Positions 62,116 to 64,000 of a DNA stretch of 64,000 nt are shown piece after piece (position 1 is the first letter of the stretch; each line of letters starts with the position of its first letter). Location: sequence record NC_054910.1. One strand, 5' to 3'. The notes below the pieces were generated by a model that was not told the origin of the DNA, made no database searches, and saw only the letters and a program-made list of their open reading frames with translations. Made by a program: the position numbers and the translations under genes. The DNA is from Escherichia phage EcNP1.

Positions 62116-63542
62116 TAAAATTTTAATTCATTTGCCAAAGCATCTAATTGAGCTCGAGCCGATTCATTTCTTTGATAGCGGTTCTGTTCAGCCTGAATCT
62201 GCTGTGAACCTGCTACTTCGTTCACTTCAGTTGGAGTAGAATCTTGCTCAATTTCTACCCATTTCTGATTTCCTTTTTGAACACCCATCAAAAACTTATT
62301 CCATTTATTCTTATCACCATATCGTGATTTGATTTGCTTAATGAGTTGTTGTTCAGCAGCTGCTAACTCCTCGGTTTCAATGACCGCAAGCATAAAATCG
62401 GCTGTTGCTGGAAGACCGGCAGATTCTGCAATATCGCTCATGTTAACATCAGAAGAATCCCAAGCTTGCTTACCAACTTGTGCTGCGGTCCAAAGAACAG
62501 TTTCGGTTTCAACAGCCAGAGCACGCAATTCCTCTGCGATAGCTTTAACAGTTGTGTAACTATTTTCTGAATAAACTCTGATGCGACAAGATTTACAAAT
62601 ACCTAGATAGTCAACAATAATGATTGTTGGAACAAAATTCTTCTTGAGCTTTAATTCGTTTAAAAGCGATCGAAATGTATTAGCGTCTGCTCCACCAGTA
62701 GGATACTGTTTAACGATTAAACGTCCAAGAGTAGATTTCTCACGCCATTTTTCCATTTTTCCTTTATATTCAGCGTAAGAAATATGCCCATCATCAATGT
62801 CATCAAGAGAAACATCAAGCATATTAGCGTCAATACGCTTAGCACAAACTTCTTCTGCCATTTCCATGGAAATGTAAAGAACATTATGTCCGAGCTGCAA
62901 ATAATCTGCTGCTAATGAACACAATCCTAATGACTTACCAACGTTAACACCAGCCATTAAAACGTTCAGTGTTCCAGTTTCAGCTCCGCCTTTAGTAATT
63001 TTATTTAGAATTTTGAGTCTAAATGGAACCTTACGAGCTTTATTCATATAAGATAGCCAACGTGCTTCGTAGTCATCCATCCAATCATGACCAACGTAGC
63101 TATCAAATGAAATTGATAATGCTTGGCGCATGATGTCAGGAATAGCACCTACATCTGGCATTTTCTTATTTCGTTTTTCCGGAGGAAGCTCAGCATTAGT
63201 TTGAATTTCAATTATTTTAGACGTAGCATTAAACATCGCCCTTTGCTGAACATATTTTTCTGTTTCTTTTACTAACCAGCTGTGGTCTTCTGGAGAATCG
63301 GTTAGTTTCGAAATAAGTGTTTTTACACCAGAATATTCTGTTTCAGTAAATGAACTATTTTCTAATGCAACATTTAACGCATTAATAGATGGAACGCTAT
63401 GGTACTCATTAACATGAGATTTAATTAATTTGAATGTATTTTTAGCTGGACCACTTTCAAAATATTCTAAATCCATATATGGCCAAACTTTTGAAAAATA
63501 AGCTTGATCAAATATGAGATGAGAAAGAATAATTTCTACCAC
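62115..63542 (-). CDS. 41: replicative DNA helicase gp41
   Basis: 475 aa; Walker A GVNVGKS, DnaB-like; T4 gp41 length. Confidence 0.95.
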   Translation of the reverse strand: MVEIILSHLIFDQAYFSKVWPYMDLEYFESGPAKNTFKLIKSHVNEYHSVPSINALNVALENSSFTETEYSGVKTLISKLTDSPEDHSWLVKETEKYVQQRAMFNATSKIIEIQTNAELPPEKRNKKMPDVGAIPDIMRQALSISFDSYVGHDWMDDYEARWLSYMNKARKVPFRLKILNKITKGGAETGTLNVLMAGVNVGKSLGLCSLAADYLQLGHNVLYISMEMAEEVCAKRIDANMLDVSLDDIDDGHISYAEYKGKMEKWREKSTLGRLIVKQYPTGGADANTFRSLLNELKLKKNFVPTIIIVDYLGICKSCRIRVYSENSYTTVKAIAEELRALAVETETVLWTAAQVGKQAWDSSDVNMSDIAESAGLPATADFMLAVIETEELAAAEQQLIKQIKSRYGDKNKWNKFLMGVQKGNQKWVEIEQDSTPTEVNEVAGSQQIQAEQNRYQRNESARAQLDALANELKF

Positions 63543-63551
63543 ACTTACTCC

Positions 63552-63896
63552 TTAAAAGAATTTAAATTTTTTCTTTGACCTTTTATTAAATGCATCTTGT
63601 AGTTGCATTGTAATACATTTTTCTACATGAGGAGCTAACTCAGCTTTTCTTTCTTGGTCAAGAACAGCAAAGTCCATTACGACTTTTCCATCAACCCAAT
63701 TTAATTTTGTCACATATACAATGTGTGTAGAACCGTCTTCTAGTTTAATGACAATCTCCTGGATAACATTTTCCATAGCAGATTTAATTATCTTAAGAGA
63801 TTCATTAAAAAGACGTTCTTTTCTTTCTTCTTCCCCCTCCGAAGAGGGGGATTCATCGATAGTCTCTAGATCTAAATCTAAATCATCTTTATTCAT
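63552..63896 (-). CDS. 40: gp40 head-vertex assembly chaperone
   Basis: Track ORF starts at GTG; ATG giving MNKDDLDLDLETIDES overlaps uvsX stop; position between uvsX and 41. Confidence 0.7.
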   Translation of the reverse strand: MNKDDLDLDLETIDESPSSEGEEERKERLFNESLKIIKSAMENVIQEIVIKLEDGSTHIVYVTKLNWVDGKVVMDFAVLDQERKAELAPHVEKCITMQLQDAFNKRSKKKFKFF

Positions 63897-64000
63897 TAAA
63901 TTCTTCCATATCACTTAACTGATCTAGGTCAGTTTCTAAATCAGCTGCTGATTTACTTTTACTTTCTGGAGATTTAAATTTTTCAACCTTTGAGTTAATC
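63889..64000 (-). CDS. uvsX: UvsX recombinase, C-terminal fragment; gene starts beyond window end
   Basis: Minus-strand reading ends ...PESKSKSAADLETDLDQLSDMEEFNE then stop, the acidic UvsX tail; position upstream of 40. Confidence 0.6.
   Translation of the reverse strand, partial: INSKVEKFKSPESKSKSAADLETDLDQLSDMEEFNE

Overview
This window is a contiguous 64 kb segment of a T-even (T4-like, Tevenvirinae) coliphage genome, most consistent with a T2/T6-type relative rather than T4 itself. Nearly all genes are early/middle genes on the minus strand: alt (partial), DNA ligase 30, rIII, 31, cd, pseT, alc, rnlA, denA, nrdB, nrdA, td, frd, 32, 59, 33, dsbA, rnh, then asiA, arn, motA, 52, stp, ndd, denB, rIIB, rIIA, 39, dexA, dda, srd, modA, modB, soc, 56, 61, sp, dmd, 41, 40 and the 3' end of uvsX. 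The late long-tail-fibre operon 34-35-36-37-38 and holin t lie on the plus strand. Identifications rest on ORF-track translations compared with recalled T4 protein sequences, lengths and motifs, and on gene order; no database search was possible. Several ORF-track starts are TTG/GTG extensions and I moved them to the internal ATG that matches homolog length. Coordinates of features I read by eye may be off by 1-2 nt. Differences from T4 are an intronless td and nrdB, a single 606-aa gene 39 (no gene 60 split), a T2-type gp38 adhesin with a gp37 C-terminal chaperone-like domain, and a few inserted small ORFs. I see no large foreign island or clearly novel multi-gene system; the candidates worth follow-up are small (inserted ORFs, hairpins, a tandem duplication, mini-membrane-protein clusters).
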